The translations under genes were made by a program, and so were the position numbers. Positions 22,666-34,300 of a stretch of DNA of 39,539 nucleotides are shown here, one piece after another. The stretch is from Chiloscyllium plagiosum (Eukaryota): assembly GCF_004010195.1 (NCBI RefSeq), contig NW_025215124.1, positions 20,526 through 60,064 of the forward strand, in the 5' to 3' direction. Numbering within the stretch: the first letter of the stretch is position 1; the number at the start of each line of letters is the position of its first letter. The notes under the pieces were generated by a model. That model searched no databases and was not told the DNA's origin. It saw only the letters and a list, made by a program, of their open reading frames with translations.

Positions 22666-22887
22666 TTGTGGAGGGCTTGATCGCAACACAGAATTTATAG
22701 CAAAAATTTGCAGTGTGATGTAACTGAAATTATACATTGAAGAATTGATTGTCTGTTAAGCCTTTCATCTGTTAGAATAACAGATGAAAGGCTTAACAGA
22801 AAATCAATTCTTCAATGTATAATTTCAGTTACATCACACTGCAAATTTTTGCTGTAAATTCTGTGTTGCGATCAAGCCCTCCACAAT

Positions 22888-22922
22888 CACCTGATGAAGG
22901 AGCGTCGCTCCGAAAGCTAGTG
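22888..22922 (+). ncRNA. Minimal hammerhead ribozyme motif (right arm)
   Basis: cac-CTGATGA-a-ggagc-gtc-gctcc-GAAA-gc-TA-gtg: both core boxes, perfect helix II, cac/gtg helix I. Confidence 0.8.
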
Positions 22923-23104
22923 TGCTTCCAATTAAACCTGTTGGACTATAACCTGGTGTTGTGATTTTTATCATTTTAAACCCGAGTCTTTCTTTTGTAG
23001 TACAGTACAACACATATTATACTGACTCTAAGCACACAGACATTCACTACTACATTCTATTTCAGTCAGTTTACTTCTGCCACCGAACAACTTTGTTTCT
23101 TCAC

Positions 23105-25800
23105 CCAACTCTCAACAACACGTCTGCAGTTACGTTTTCCCATCCTGCCATGTGTATAATTTTCGTGTTGAATGGCTGCAGTAATAAGCATTATCTAAAC
23201 AGTCTGGCATTTTTGCCCTTAAATTTCTCCAAAAACTTTAATGGGATTTGATCAGAAAATATAATTGTCTTAGACTCATTACTGACAATAAAAATGTTGA
23301 AATGTTGTAACAGGCTCAGGTTCTGTTTCTCAAGTGTGGAATATTTCTGTTGATAAATGTTCAATTTCCTGGAGAAATATTGACATTCATATCACTCTCA
23401 TCCACGCACCTTCGATGGCTTTGCATAATTAGGTGTAGCTAATTCTGCAGCAGTGTTTAGCACAGCTTTCAGGCTGTCAAATGTCTTCTGATCGTCTGCC
23501 ATCCACTGAAGTTTTCTGCACTTCAATAAGTTAGTGAGTGGCGCAACTGCACAGCTTAAATTTGGCAAGAATTTATACTGAAACTCATGCAATCTCAGGT
23601 ATCATAGTACTGCCCTCTTTGTTGATGAACCTTTTTCACATTCTGTGGAGTCATCTGTCCATGTTTGATAACATGGCCCAGTAACTTAACTTGGGATTTG
23701 TCGAATTCATGCTTAGCCAGGTTTATCACTAAGCCTGTCTCCTGCAATCAATCAAATGATTCCGATAAGTGCTGCAAATGTTCCTTCAATGTGTCACTAA
23801 AAATCACTAGGTCATCGATGTATATCACACAATTGGGTAATCCAGAAATAACTTTATTGGTTAGTCATTGGAATGTGGTTGGCACATTGTCCATTCGGTG
23901 TTCCAAAACCCAAAACTGTGTTGGCTCTTTTGGATAAAGGTACCTGTCAGTATCCTCAGAGTAAGTCTAACTTATATTTCTAAGTTTCTTGTTCCACCTT
24001 CTCGAAACTGTCTTCCAAATCTGGAATCATACTGTAACTCTATTGGCTTTGTAATCGCCTACACACCACCATTGGGAACAATCTGATTTTGACACCATTA
24101 CTATGGATGAGCTAAAGTCTTTCCAACTCCAATAATGTTGTCTTGGAGCAAGCATTCAATCTCTTTTTGAACTTGTGCCAACTTTAGTGAGTTATGTCTG
24201 AGGTTGTTGCCTAATTAGTATAGCATTTTCTATATCTGCATCATGCATAATTAGGTTAGTACTTCACAGTTTATTCCCAAATGCCTCCCCCATGCAATTG
24301 TAATTTTCAGGTCATTTTAACCTTCTTCTGGAAGGTAACTCAATTTGTCAATTTGAAAACCACCACCTTATCCAATCTAATTTGAGGGTTGTCCAATTCA
24401 GAAGCCTCTGAATTTCATTCTTCACTTTGTGGTGCTGGTTACAACGCATTCTCCTTTTGCTTTCCTCCCCTATCAAAATACCTTTTGACGATATTCACAT
24501 GATACAGATTTCTTTCTATCTGGAGTCCTTATCAAATAGTTCACCTCACCCGATCTCCCTTCGATTTGATAAGGTTCACCTATCACTGGAAGTAATGCTA
24601 ACACTTTATCTTTGTTAGTAAAATTCCAAGTTTTTCATTTCTTATCTTCCTTTTCATCATATGCTGTGATATTTTTAAATGCTGCCTAGTTAACTGCCCC
24701 GCTCTACTTAATCATTTCCTAAAATTTGATACATCATCCAAATATATGGTTTCTGAATTCTGACTCACCAAGTTCTCCTTAATTAATTTCAGTGGTCCCC
24801 TCAACCTCATGTCCTAAAACTAATTCAAATGAGCTAAATTTGGTTGAGTCATTTGGTGCATTCCTAATTACAAACAGTACAAATGGAATTCCTTTATCCC
24901 GATCATCTGGATAGTCTTTACTATAAACCGTTAACATGGTCTTTAAAGTTTGGTGCCACCTTTCTAATGCTCCCTGCGATTCGGGATTGTTTTCTTCCTC
25001 AGCTGTCCATAACTCCCTGAAAAATTTATATAAAATTTAACCCTTGATCTGATTGTATCCCTGTGGGTAGTCTGCATCTAGTGAAAAGCTTGAGGCCCTC
25101 TTCTACAATCCTTTTAACTTTTTTTATATCCCACTGGTAATACAACTTGATGAACATCTATCCACTGTCTGAATGTGATGGTCTCCATTTCCTCACCAAG
25201 ACATTATTTCTAACATAGTAACATTCAGGTATGTGAGCAGATTCTTCAGTGTATGGTTTGATACAATTGCTTGAGGTTTTGATCTTTCTATTGTAACTCA
25301 GTTAATTTCTGAGCTAAAAATATTCACTTTGTCCTCCACCTGTTCTTCTTTTGGATCACCCATGGTCTCTGATAATTCTACTTCAACTTCCTTCTCTGTT
25401 TTCTTTGATTTCAACTGGTTTTGTGACCTTATCTACAATCAGGAAAATATCCCAGAATATACTTCCTGTAATTCCTCAGTTGCCTGATTTTTTCCACTGG
25501 TTTTACAACCAGAGTAGGCAGCACTCCTACCTGTGATCCCCAACCATGTTGTTACCAAGGACAAATTGTATTTCTGGAGCAGAGAGTTTTTCCAGTACTC
25601 CTACCACCATTTCTACACTTTTAACTGGGGCACTCCAACCTCACTCTAAGTGATGGAGCACTGCTCGCCTCCACGTAGCAGCACTCTTTCTGGCAACAGT
25701 CCTTCTGAGTTATGTATGTCCTCATCTCTCAACATCAAAGATTGGCATGATCCTTTATCTCCTAATACTAACTCTTTTACCTCCTGCTCCTGGCCCATGT
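23105..25800 (-). pseudogene. pol: Gmr1-like pol remnant
   Basis: In transcript order: PR VLGDKGSCQSLML (~25730-25770); IN LPTGIQSDQGLNF (~25033-25071) and PESQGALERWHQTLKTML (~24931-24987); RT YIDD (23811-23822); RH end HMAGWENVTADVL (~23115-23155). Confidence 0.88.
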
Positions 25801-25979
25801 GATTAAACTTTACGTTTGCGAGTACATTTAAGAAGATCCGACACTTCCCTCTTCTCCCATCTTTGACCAGATTGTACATTCTGGTGCACCCTTTTAGCTT
25901 CCATTGTGATTTCTTTTATAACTTTAACAAAATTCATCTGCTTAGTGTTTTCCTACATCTCTCTCACAATGCTTTTTCT

Positions 25980-27130
25980 AAACCACCAACACTCACTCTG
26001 TGTGCCCTAGTCAATTGCAGTGGAAACGCCTGAGCCTTTTAACTTCTCTTTCCCCTTTAAGATTTCTGTTTTACTCTGTAGGGTATCTTCACTGAGATCT
26101 ATTTTTCCCTTTATAGTTGGGGATTTCTCTTTTCCTTAATTTCTATCCCTCGCGTATTGAAATTATTGTCTGAAGCCAAACTTTAATTTATGAACCAAAT
26201 CTATCATCAGCAATTTCAGTTGCTAATTTTGCTGCTCTTCACAGGAGTTCTCATTACTACAGGAAGTGAATTTTTGAATGCCTCAAATTCTTGTCTGAGT
26301 GTTATGTTGGCTCTATTTTTAATGTCCTGATCCACCTATCCAAATTACTTTGATCCTTTCAAACTCAAATGTATGACCAGGGTCCCTCTTGGATTCCTGA
26401 AATGTTGTCTGTAGACTCCTGGCACAAGCTCATATGCACTTAAGATGGGTTTCTTCACCACTTCATACTTCCCAGATACTCCCTCTGATAGTGATGCAAA
26501 TACCTCATTGGATCTACTTATAAGTATTGTTCGGATCAACAAAATCTACATGGTCACTGGCCACTTCATTTGTTTAGCCACTTTCTCAAATGAGATGAAA
26601 AAGGCTTCCATTTCTTCCTTGTCAAACTTGCACAATGCTTGGATATACTTAAACAAATCCTTTGGCTGCAAGGGTTTGCTCATAATCATTATCTTCCTCA
26701 CAAAGTCTATCTTCTACTTTCATCTCCATCTCCATTCTTTTACATCGACTTTCCTGTCTTGCTGCCAATTTCTGAAGTTCAGACTTTCTCCTTTTTCCTC
26801 TCTCTTTCTCCCTTCTGCTAGGACCTTCCTCTCCTTTTCGTTTTTCTCTGTTTTTAACTGTAATTCAAACTGATTCTGTTCCCTTTCATGTCCAAGCTGC
26901 TTCACCTGCAATTGAATTCTAACCATTTCCAAAGATTCCGATGGCATTTTCCACAAATTTAAATCTATTGCTATAATTACTTGCTCTTTTTTCAAAGAGA
27001 AATGCAACCCCAACTCCAGCTTGTTTGTCAATTCCCACAGCTTTGTCTTGCTCACCTTTTGGAAAACCCCTAAAGCCACTTCTTCCACCCATAGAAAACT
27101 CGTAGTGACTGAGCCATTACTACACACAGC
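25980..27130 (-). pseudogene. gag: Gmr1-like gag remnant (coiled coil, SCAN-like capsid C-terminus, decayed CCHC knuckle)
   Basis: E/K-rich coil in ORF 26720-27166; EVFASLSEGVSGKYEVVKKPILSAYELVPGVYRQHFRN (ORF 26345-26542); RFHCN*LGH...CWW (~25982-26030). Confidence 0.85.
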
Positions 27131-27273
27131 ATTGTTCAAACTACCTGAATTCAACACCAAGAGCAAAAGATGCTAACACTTGTCGCTTGCCTCCTTTTAA
27201 GTCAAACAACCATAAACCCAAATTGGAATTATAGAGTACATCTCTCTGACTCTATGACTAAGGGGCCCCAATC

Positions 27274-27849
27274 TGTTATGTACCAAGTCAGACACCCTCA
27301 AAATATTGTAAGAAGGTAGCCTAAACCCTAACTAACTTCTGTTTAAAGGCAGATGTGAAGTGGGCGTTCCAGGTGTGATGCAACTGGTCAAACCACTCTG
27401 CTTTAAGCAAAACATAATTTACTTATACACTACAGCTAAATCACAAAGGAAAGTTGAATTTATAATAACTTAATAATTGGAAAACTGAACTGTTCTGATA
27501 CAGGAGTTATTACTAATTAACTGTTCCAATCCAGTAACATTCAAACAACACCCTTTGGCAAAAAGGTAAATTCCGAAACAGATTCTTACAGGCAGGAGGG
27601 AGCAATATCCAGAGGGAGATTTTCAGAAGAAAGCAGAGAAATACTTTACTGAAGCTTGCAACTCACCTGAACACTCCCATTTTGTGACTGCTACAGCTAA
27701 AACAAACTCGAAGAAACCAGAAGTGGGAGAACTGGCTGCTCCTTCTGTTGTTAAACAAGACTTTTCGGTATCTCTGTCTTTACAACCTCTCTTCAAAAAA
27801 AACATCTAAGGATAAAATAACCTTCTTTAAAAGTAACAGCATAGTCAGA
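27274..27849 (-). repeat. Gmr1-like 5' LTR
   Basis: tgttatgtaccaagtcagac...gtaacagcatagtcaga, a direct repeat of the left LTR. Confidence 0.9.
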
Positions 27850-28200
27850 AATGTCACTGAACGTATAATCAGGAACCCCTGGCTAACATTCTGGAGATGT
27901 GACTTTTCATTCTGCCATGGCAGATTTTTGAAATCTTTCTTTAACAGTAAATGATGTGGAGTAAAAGCGAGTGTAATGATCATGTAATCACTGCCATTTG
28001 GCATAAAAAGCTAGTTGGTTCAGTGATGTTCTTAAGGGAAGAATATCTGCTGTCTTTAACTGGTCTGGCTTACGTGTAATTCCAGTCCCACATCATTATG
28101 GACTCTTAACTGCCCATAGGGCAATTAGGAATGGACTATAAAATGCTGGTTTATCAGCGATGCTCTCATCCTATGAGGGAGTACTAAATTAAAAAAAAAT
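27850..28200 (+). mobile_element. tRNA-derived SINE; its first ~20 nt lie at ~21400-21423 (split by the Gypsy)
   Basis: gtgttgtaatg|tcactg rejoins across the TSD. Tail gggcaattaggaatgg...aaatgctgg...catcctatga plus A-run. Confidence 0.7.
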
Positions 28201-29559
28201 CAAGCTAGGGAGAAGAAAGACTGATGTTATCCACCAGTAAAGTCACCCAACCTCATTGTCAGGCAGACTTGAAAACCATGCACCTCACCCTTCTGTTTAT
28301 TTTAAATTTAAACAGGGAATCCCAAAATACAATCTTACATCTCAATCCTAACACTGAGCAGAAAATGTTAATACAATTACCCTGGTTCCTACTTGACGTT
28401 ATATGATACTTTCTGAATGTTAACTGTAATGATGTTTATTTAGAACTGAGAACTTGACTGTGCAAAATAAACAGTGTTTTTATAGCTGAGTTATTGCGCT
28501 TGTCAGTAGCCATTAAAAAGCCAATTAAATCCATGACCTTCCAATTTTATTTCTGTGATGATCCTGCTTTCTGCTCAGTGCAGCAACAGCCCCATTTCCT
28601 GCCTCTTGCCCTGTTTTACACCCTTCTAACCTTAAGCATAAAATCTGCAAATACACACGTCTGCCAAGTCTCAAACTTGCTGAATCAGGCGCATGTCATT
28701 ACTGTGAGCATATGGTGATCTTTATATTTAGCTGACAAATGAGCGAAGCCAGCAAATTCCCCAAAAGTTTATTTTAACATAACTTGAGCAAGCCTTTGTT
28801 TTCCAATATAAAATGGTAAAAGGTGGAAATTTAAAACAGAGTCAGTGAGAATTAAGATGAGTTAATTTGTTTGTCCAAAATGTACATCCTTCTAGATGCT
28901 GAAGTGAGTTATTAAAGTTACATTGAAAATAGATGATTGAATCTGCCTAAATATCTGCCTAAACTATGAAAGCTGGGGCAATAAATGTTTGATTTCAAAC
29001 TTGGAATTTAAAGTTTGCCAATATTTCAGAATTTTGCACATTGCAGCTTATGCTCAACCCCTGCATTCTGTCAGCAGAATAGGCCATATTGCAAACAGAT
29101 CTTCATAACGGAGTTTATACATGTCCAGTCTAAATCTACAGAAACCAGAAGCAGGAGGGTTTGCCTTCTCTACCCACCAACCTGTAGATGGGGAATCATC
29201 CCATTTAGGTGCTGGTTTATCCTGCACAGTTTCCCTTCGTTTGGCCATATTTCAGCCTCAGAATAAAATTGTGCAAGATATTTTTAAAAAAAGTGTAAGC
29301 TTGCTTTGAAGCAGCATTTTATTATGTCTGAACTGTATCATATATAAAAAGTGATTGTAGTTGAATTTGCAAGTACAAGCTCGTTCTCTCAACTGCCTCA
29401 ATTTTTCAATTCTCAAAGTAAACAGGAAGCAGGTGATCTCATTCTTCTCATGCAGATATGGTAACAAAGAAGTAAATATTAGTGAGTTGTGCTGGAAGAG
29501 CGCAGCTCTGGTCCATAAAGCCCATATTACTGTACTTTCACATCTGCCTTGTTAAGACT

Positions 29560-29950
29560 CCTCACAAATATTTGTTTCAGTCAAGTTGACTCATGCTCTT
29601 CTGAACTCCAGTTGAAAAAAGCTTAGCCTGTCCAACCTTTTCTCATAAGACAACCCAACATTACAGGTATTAGTCTTTGAACCTGGAGATGCTTCCAATG
29701 CATTGACATCTGCTTGGTGACCAATATGATACACAGTATTCCAGATGTGGTTTCACCAGTGCTCTGTACAACTGAAATATAAGCGTTCTACTTTTGTATT
29801 CTATTTTCTTGACATTAAATAATAACATTCTATTCGCTTTCCTATTATTGGCTGTACCTGCATGCTAATTTTAAGTGCTTCACTAGAACACTCATTCCTT
29901 TGCGCCTCAGGTTCACCATTTAGATTATATGCTTCTTTTTATTTTGCCTG
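29560..29950 (-). mobile_element. CR1 ORF2 fragment
   Basis: Minus strand gives YSTELVKPHLEYCVSYWSP-like peptide (~29716-29770). Confidence 0.8.
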
Positions 29951-29969
29951 AATATGCCTGAAATAATTC

Positions 29970-30368
29970 CATAGAGGCTGGTATCATGTTACCATGTCAC
30001 CCTTTATTCATGTGTGCACTGGACATGGACTCTGACCAGCTGGCTCTGAGCTAGTCCCTAGAGTGAGGAGAATCCATGAGACTCTTGTTTATTTCTGTCA
30101 GCCAGGAATCCCAGATTAGACCAGATAAACAGCCCTCGTTAAGTATCTCAGGTAATGAAATCCACCTGGCCACCCTCATTCAAAGCACTACCACCCTTCT
30201 AACCAAATTAAGGGATGTAGGCCTATTTCTTTTGTAGCTTTTCCTGGGACATTTTCGCCTCAGGTCTGTTCCTCCAACTTGACTATGACATGGAGTAGCT
30301 TACCTTGCACCATAGCCCATCTCTTGCGCTTGGTGCGTCTTGGAAGAAATTCCTACTCCTCTTCAGGC
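29970..30368 (-). mobile_element. Probable LTR (~29970-30192) plus adjacent internal 3' end of an LTR retrotransposon
   Basis: Minus-strand AATAAA (tttatt ~30003) and an end at cactacca followed by a pyrimidine run (PPT on the minus strand). Family recalled by eye. Confidence 0.45.
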
Positions 30369-30379
30369 CTGCGACACTC

Positions 30380-30705
30380 TGTGGCAGCAGTATGCATTAT
30401 TTGCAAGATGCAAAATTCATCAAGGCTGTTTAGACAGCACCTTCCAAACTGAAAACACTGCATTTAAGAAGGTCAAGAACAGCAAGTACATGGTACACCA
30501 CCATCTACGACCTGGGAAATTCTTTGCCCTTTCAATGACACTGGATCCAAGTTCTGAAAGTCCCTTCCCTTATGGGTGTACCTAAACCAAATGTAGCATT
30601 TGAAGACAGATTATCATTGCCCCCTCAAGGGGAATTAGCCATGATCAATAAATGCAGATTCAGCTAGTGAAGTCAATATATTGTGAATGATTGGAAAAAA
30701 AAGAT
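30380..30705 (+). mobile_element. LINE 3' tail (family of 7240-7990)
   Basis: gacagcaccttccaaac...ctcaaggggaattagccatgatcaataaatgc...tgtgaatgattgg plus A-run. Confidence 0.7.
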
Positions 30706-31790
30706 GAGGAAATAGACCCCTTCAGCAGAAAGTAACAAGAAGGTGAAAATCAGAATCAACCTATGCAGGAGTGAAGGAAGCTTATTTTGATATGCAACTG
30801 TAAAATGTACCCAATTTTACTTTAATTGTACATTTGTCAATTACAGTTATGGACTGAGTCGAGCATTTTAAAAAATCTTTGGAGAAGTTATTATGTTTAT
30901 CACAATTCTGGTTACCAGTAACACCTGACCTTGATGGTGGGAGATTCAGCAATAATAATACCATTGAATGTCAAGAGATGATGATTAGATTCTCTCATTG
31001 GAGACTATTATTGTTGTATGTGTTAAATTGGTTCACTAATATAATTTAGAGAACGAAATCTGTCGTCTTTACCTGGTCTGGCCTTCAAGTGACCCCAGAC
31101 AATACTAGGTGGCAACAAAGTAACAATGACTACTTTGGTTTGGAAACATGGTTGGCGTGGACTAATTGGCCCAAAGATTCTGTTTCCATGCTGTATATTT
31201 TTAATTACAACACATTGATTGTAAATTAAGACACTGGATGAGCCAGTTCAGTGTGGAACAACCGTTGATGATAACTTCTGGGTAATTGGGTGCATACCTT
31301 TTGCTTTGTCTATTGTTGAAATTTGCCTTCTCTTCCTTTTGTCATTGTGCTACATTTTGTAATTGTTGCCACTGTGTTTTTCTGGGATCTCATTGGCTTG
31401 TCAATGCATGATCAACATATGACCAGTCTCAGATTGGCTTGTTGGTGCCAAAATAATTTCTGATTGGTTTCTTAAACAAAGTGGTCACCTTGGAGAAACA
31501 CTTAGGACATAATGGGAAGTGATGTTACTGAGATGTCAATAACTTTGAAAGGGCACTTTAATCTTTCTTCGTTATCCAGAGAGAGTGAGAGGGTTCACAC
31601 GCTTTCCAAAAATTTTCGTTAGACTACCTGATAGCCAGGAGTCGACTTATCATTGTGTTGAGGTTGTACAACCTAGGTTGTCTTAAGTTTTTACAAGGAG
31701 AAAGTGAGGTCTGCAGATGCTGGAGATCAGAGATGGAAATGTGTTGCTGGAAAAGCGCAGCAGGTCAGGCAGCATCTAGGGAACAGGAGA

Positions 31791-31825
31791 ATCGACGTTT
31801 CGGGCATTAGCCCTTCTTCAGGAAT
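31791..31825 (-). ncRNA. Minimal hammerhead ribozyme motif
   Basis: Minus strand reads ttc-CTGAAGA-a-gggc-taat-gccc-GAAA-cg-TC-gat. Confidence 0.8.
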
Positions 31826-31836
31826 GAGGAAAGTTG

Positions 31837-32033
31837 NNNNNNNNNNNNNNNNNNNNNNNNNNNNNNNNNNNNNNNNNNNNNNNNNNNNNNNNNNNNNNNN
31901 NNNNNNNNNNNNNNNNNNNNNNNNNNNNNNNNNNNNNNNNNNNNNNNNNNNNNNNNNNNNNNNNNNNNNNNNNNNNNNNNNNNNNNNNNNNNNNNNNNNN
32001 NNNNNNNNNNNNNNNNNNNNNNNNNNNNNNNNN
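31837..32033. other. Assembly gap (N run)
   Basis: Run of N. ggaatgaggaaa occurs on both sides. Confidence 1.
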
Positions 32034-32884
32034 GGAATGAGGAAACTGGTGAAATCCGAGTTCATCCCTTGTGGTTGGAGGGTTCCTAGGCGGAAGATGA
32101 GGCGCTCTTCCTCCAACCGTCGTGTTGTTGTGGTCTGGTGATGGAGGAGTCCAAAAACCTGCATATCCTTGTGGGCGCAAGTCTTGCACCTCCTGCGGTT
32201 GCAGGGGAAGGTGCCGGGAGTGGAGGTTGGGTTGGTGGGGGGTGTGGATCTGACGAGGGAGTCACGGAGGGAGTGGTCTTTACGGAATGCTGATAGGGAA
32301 GGGGAGGGAAATATATCCTTGGTGGTGTGGTCCGTTTGGAGGTGGCGGAAATGACGGCGGATGATGCGCTGTACATGGAGGTTAGTGGGGTTTTGTAATT
32401 AAGTTTTTACAAAATTAATTGAAGGCAAATCATATTGGGTAACTATTGCGAAGTGCAATTATAAAATACAACTGGTCACAACAACCTGACATAACTCATT
32501 ATGCAGTTTAATTTCAAGTAATACTTACCCTTGTTGCATACTTCAGAAGCAAGTGGCTATTTCTCTTCCAGGAACACCTTATTAAAGTTAAGCCAATTTA
32601 AAACATAAAATTGTATGACTTCAAACCTAAAGCTGGCTCATTTCAAAGTGCAAACGCTATTGTTCTTTAATCAAATTTGTCATGAAAGTGGATCTTCTCT
32701 TGCATTTACTTAGGAGGCCCTGTAGCAAATCTCACTTGATAGCAGAAATGCAGCTACAAAGGCCCATTTGAAATACTAACATCTTAGTCCTATTAAGTAG
32801 AATATTTTGCTACCTTACTAATTTGTTGGAGAAATAAACTTGATCCTGCACAGGGTAACTTAAATGTGGATCTATCTTTCACAG

Positions 32885-33035
32885 TAAGCAGTTGATGCCA
32901 GCTCAATTGATGATTTTAAATTTGAGGTCAGTGAAGTTTTAGGTGTTAAACGGTATGTAACAGAGCTGGTGAATGGAGTTAGAATGCAGAACATTCATGA
33001 ACTTAGTGAATGTGCCAGTGTGATTGAATAGCCAA
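32885..33035 (+). mobile_element. Decayed CR1 3' tail
   Basis: gccagctcaattgatgattttaaatttgag...gaatggagttagaatgcag...catgaacttagtgaatg. Confidence 0.55.
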
Positions 33036-34019
33036 TGGAAATATTACAATTTAAGTTGCTTGTTTAAATTAATCCACAGAAACAGATTCATAATTGAATT
33101 TTGGACTAGGTATGAAAGGTGTGATGTACCCCAATTTGCTATTTCACCAGAGAAAACTGCTGTGGGAGATTGAAACTAAGATTGAGTGTGAAGTACTTGT
33201 TTTATGGAAACCACGTTGTGTTGTTGGTCATGTAGTTAATACCAAACAATTTCATTAGAGTCCTTCAAACGTAAACGTATGAAACAACTCTGATTACTGT
33301 TGGGAATTGTCAAGTGTTCATATTTTTAACCTGTTTAGTATCTGTGCTTACTGCCTTAGGTTTGGGCCCACCTCTGTTACTTTTGGGGTTGAACTATGTA
33401 TTGAATTATATATTCCAGTTTTATACTTTGGACCTCTGCCAGTGAATATTCATTGATCCAATTTGTTAGACTGGAAAATAAATTCCCAGTGGGACTGATA
33501 ACAAAATTATCCCATGATATCAGATAAAGTATTAGTTTTACAATTTAAAGCAAATTTGCTGAAATAAATCTTTTCAACAATACCAAAGGAACTTTATCAG
33601 ATACAGAAAATGTCAGATAATATTACTTAACATGATATTCCCACCTGCTTTGTAGCAGAAAGTGAAGAAAAAAACGAGAAACAGCTGGCTTCGACTTATG
33701 GTAATGAGTGTCTGAAAAATCAACAAAAGCGGGAGACAGATTGTTAGATGTTGCAAAAAGAGAGAAAAAGGTGCTTTAAATAAAGGGATTTGCCTTATGG
33801 TTAATCAGTTAGTTTAGATACATATTTTAATTTGATACTTTAGAATTAAAATTTAAAGTTTAAATAAAGGATCAATTCTATGGCTGTATGCCATCTCTGC
33901 CCTTAAACTTTAGGATATACCAACCAATGAATTATAGGAATATTCTTGCTTTCTATAGATTGAATGAATGATTGAGCATTGATCATTACAAACATAATAG
34001 AAATAGAGAGAAAAATAAA

Positions 34020-34300
34020 TCAAGGATTAGGAATAGGAATTAGCTACTCAGCCCCTTGAGACTACTAAGATCATGCCTTATCTGATTGTGGTCTCAAATC
34101 CTCTTTCTCATCTACCTCGTAACCCTCCACTCCCTTGTTAATCAGATATCGATATAACATAGCCTTGAATATATTCAGTAAGTAGATCTCTTTTGAGGAA
34201 GAAAATTCCATGGACTTAGTCATGTTCAGAGAGGAAATAAAATCATTTTTACGTGAGTAACTCTTAATTTTTAAGTTATGCCCCTGGTTCTAGACCTACC
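34020..34300 (-). mobile_element. Decayed CR1 3' end
   Basis: ggaataggaattagctactcagccccttgag...aagatcatg...gaaaattcca...atgcccctggttctagac. Confidence 0.65.

Larger units (their letters stand above)
22539..22970. mobile_element. Palindromic Penelope-like pLTR insertion with a 12-bp TSD
   Basis: Arms 22581-22774 and 22778-22969 around a 3-nt loop (gaa). TSD tcattttaaacc at 22527-22538 and 22971-22982. Confidence 0.9.
21424..27849 (-). mobile_element. Gmr1-like Gypsy LTR retrotransposon (gag-PR-IN-RT-RH), decayed
   Basis: LTRs at 21424-22481 and 27274-27849; TSD aatg at 21420-21423 and 27850-27853; minus-strand PPT gggggaggaag (22482-22492); decayed tRNA-Pro-like PBS tggggcc at ~27263-27271. 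Confidence 0.92.
31697..32398 (-). mobile_element. Young Penelope-like (Neptune-type) element, 5'-truncated and internally deleted, spanning the gap; 14-bp TSD
   Basis: Minus strand gives IIRRHFRHLQTDHTTKDIFP...TFPCNRRRCKTCAH|...RRLEEERLIFRLGTLQPQGMNSDF. TSD ttaagtttttacaa at 31683-31696 and 32399-32412. Confidence 0.92.

Noticed and set aside
26345..26620. Host SCAN zinc-finger gene
   Set aside because: It lies inside LTR-bounded gag with frameshifts and has no C2H2 fingers.
31704..32189. ORFs spanning the N run
   Set aside because: Artefacts of translating across the assembly gap.
32521..32580. Strong minus-strand splice donor (gg|gtaagtat) and possible 49-nt exon
   Set aside because: Weak acceptor, unrecognised peptide and no partner exons found.
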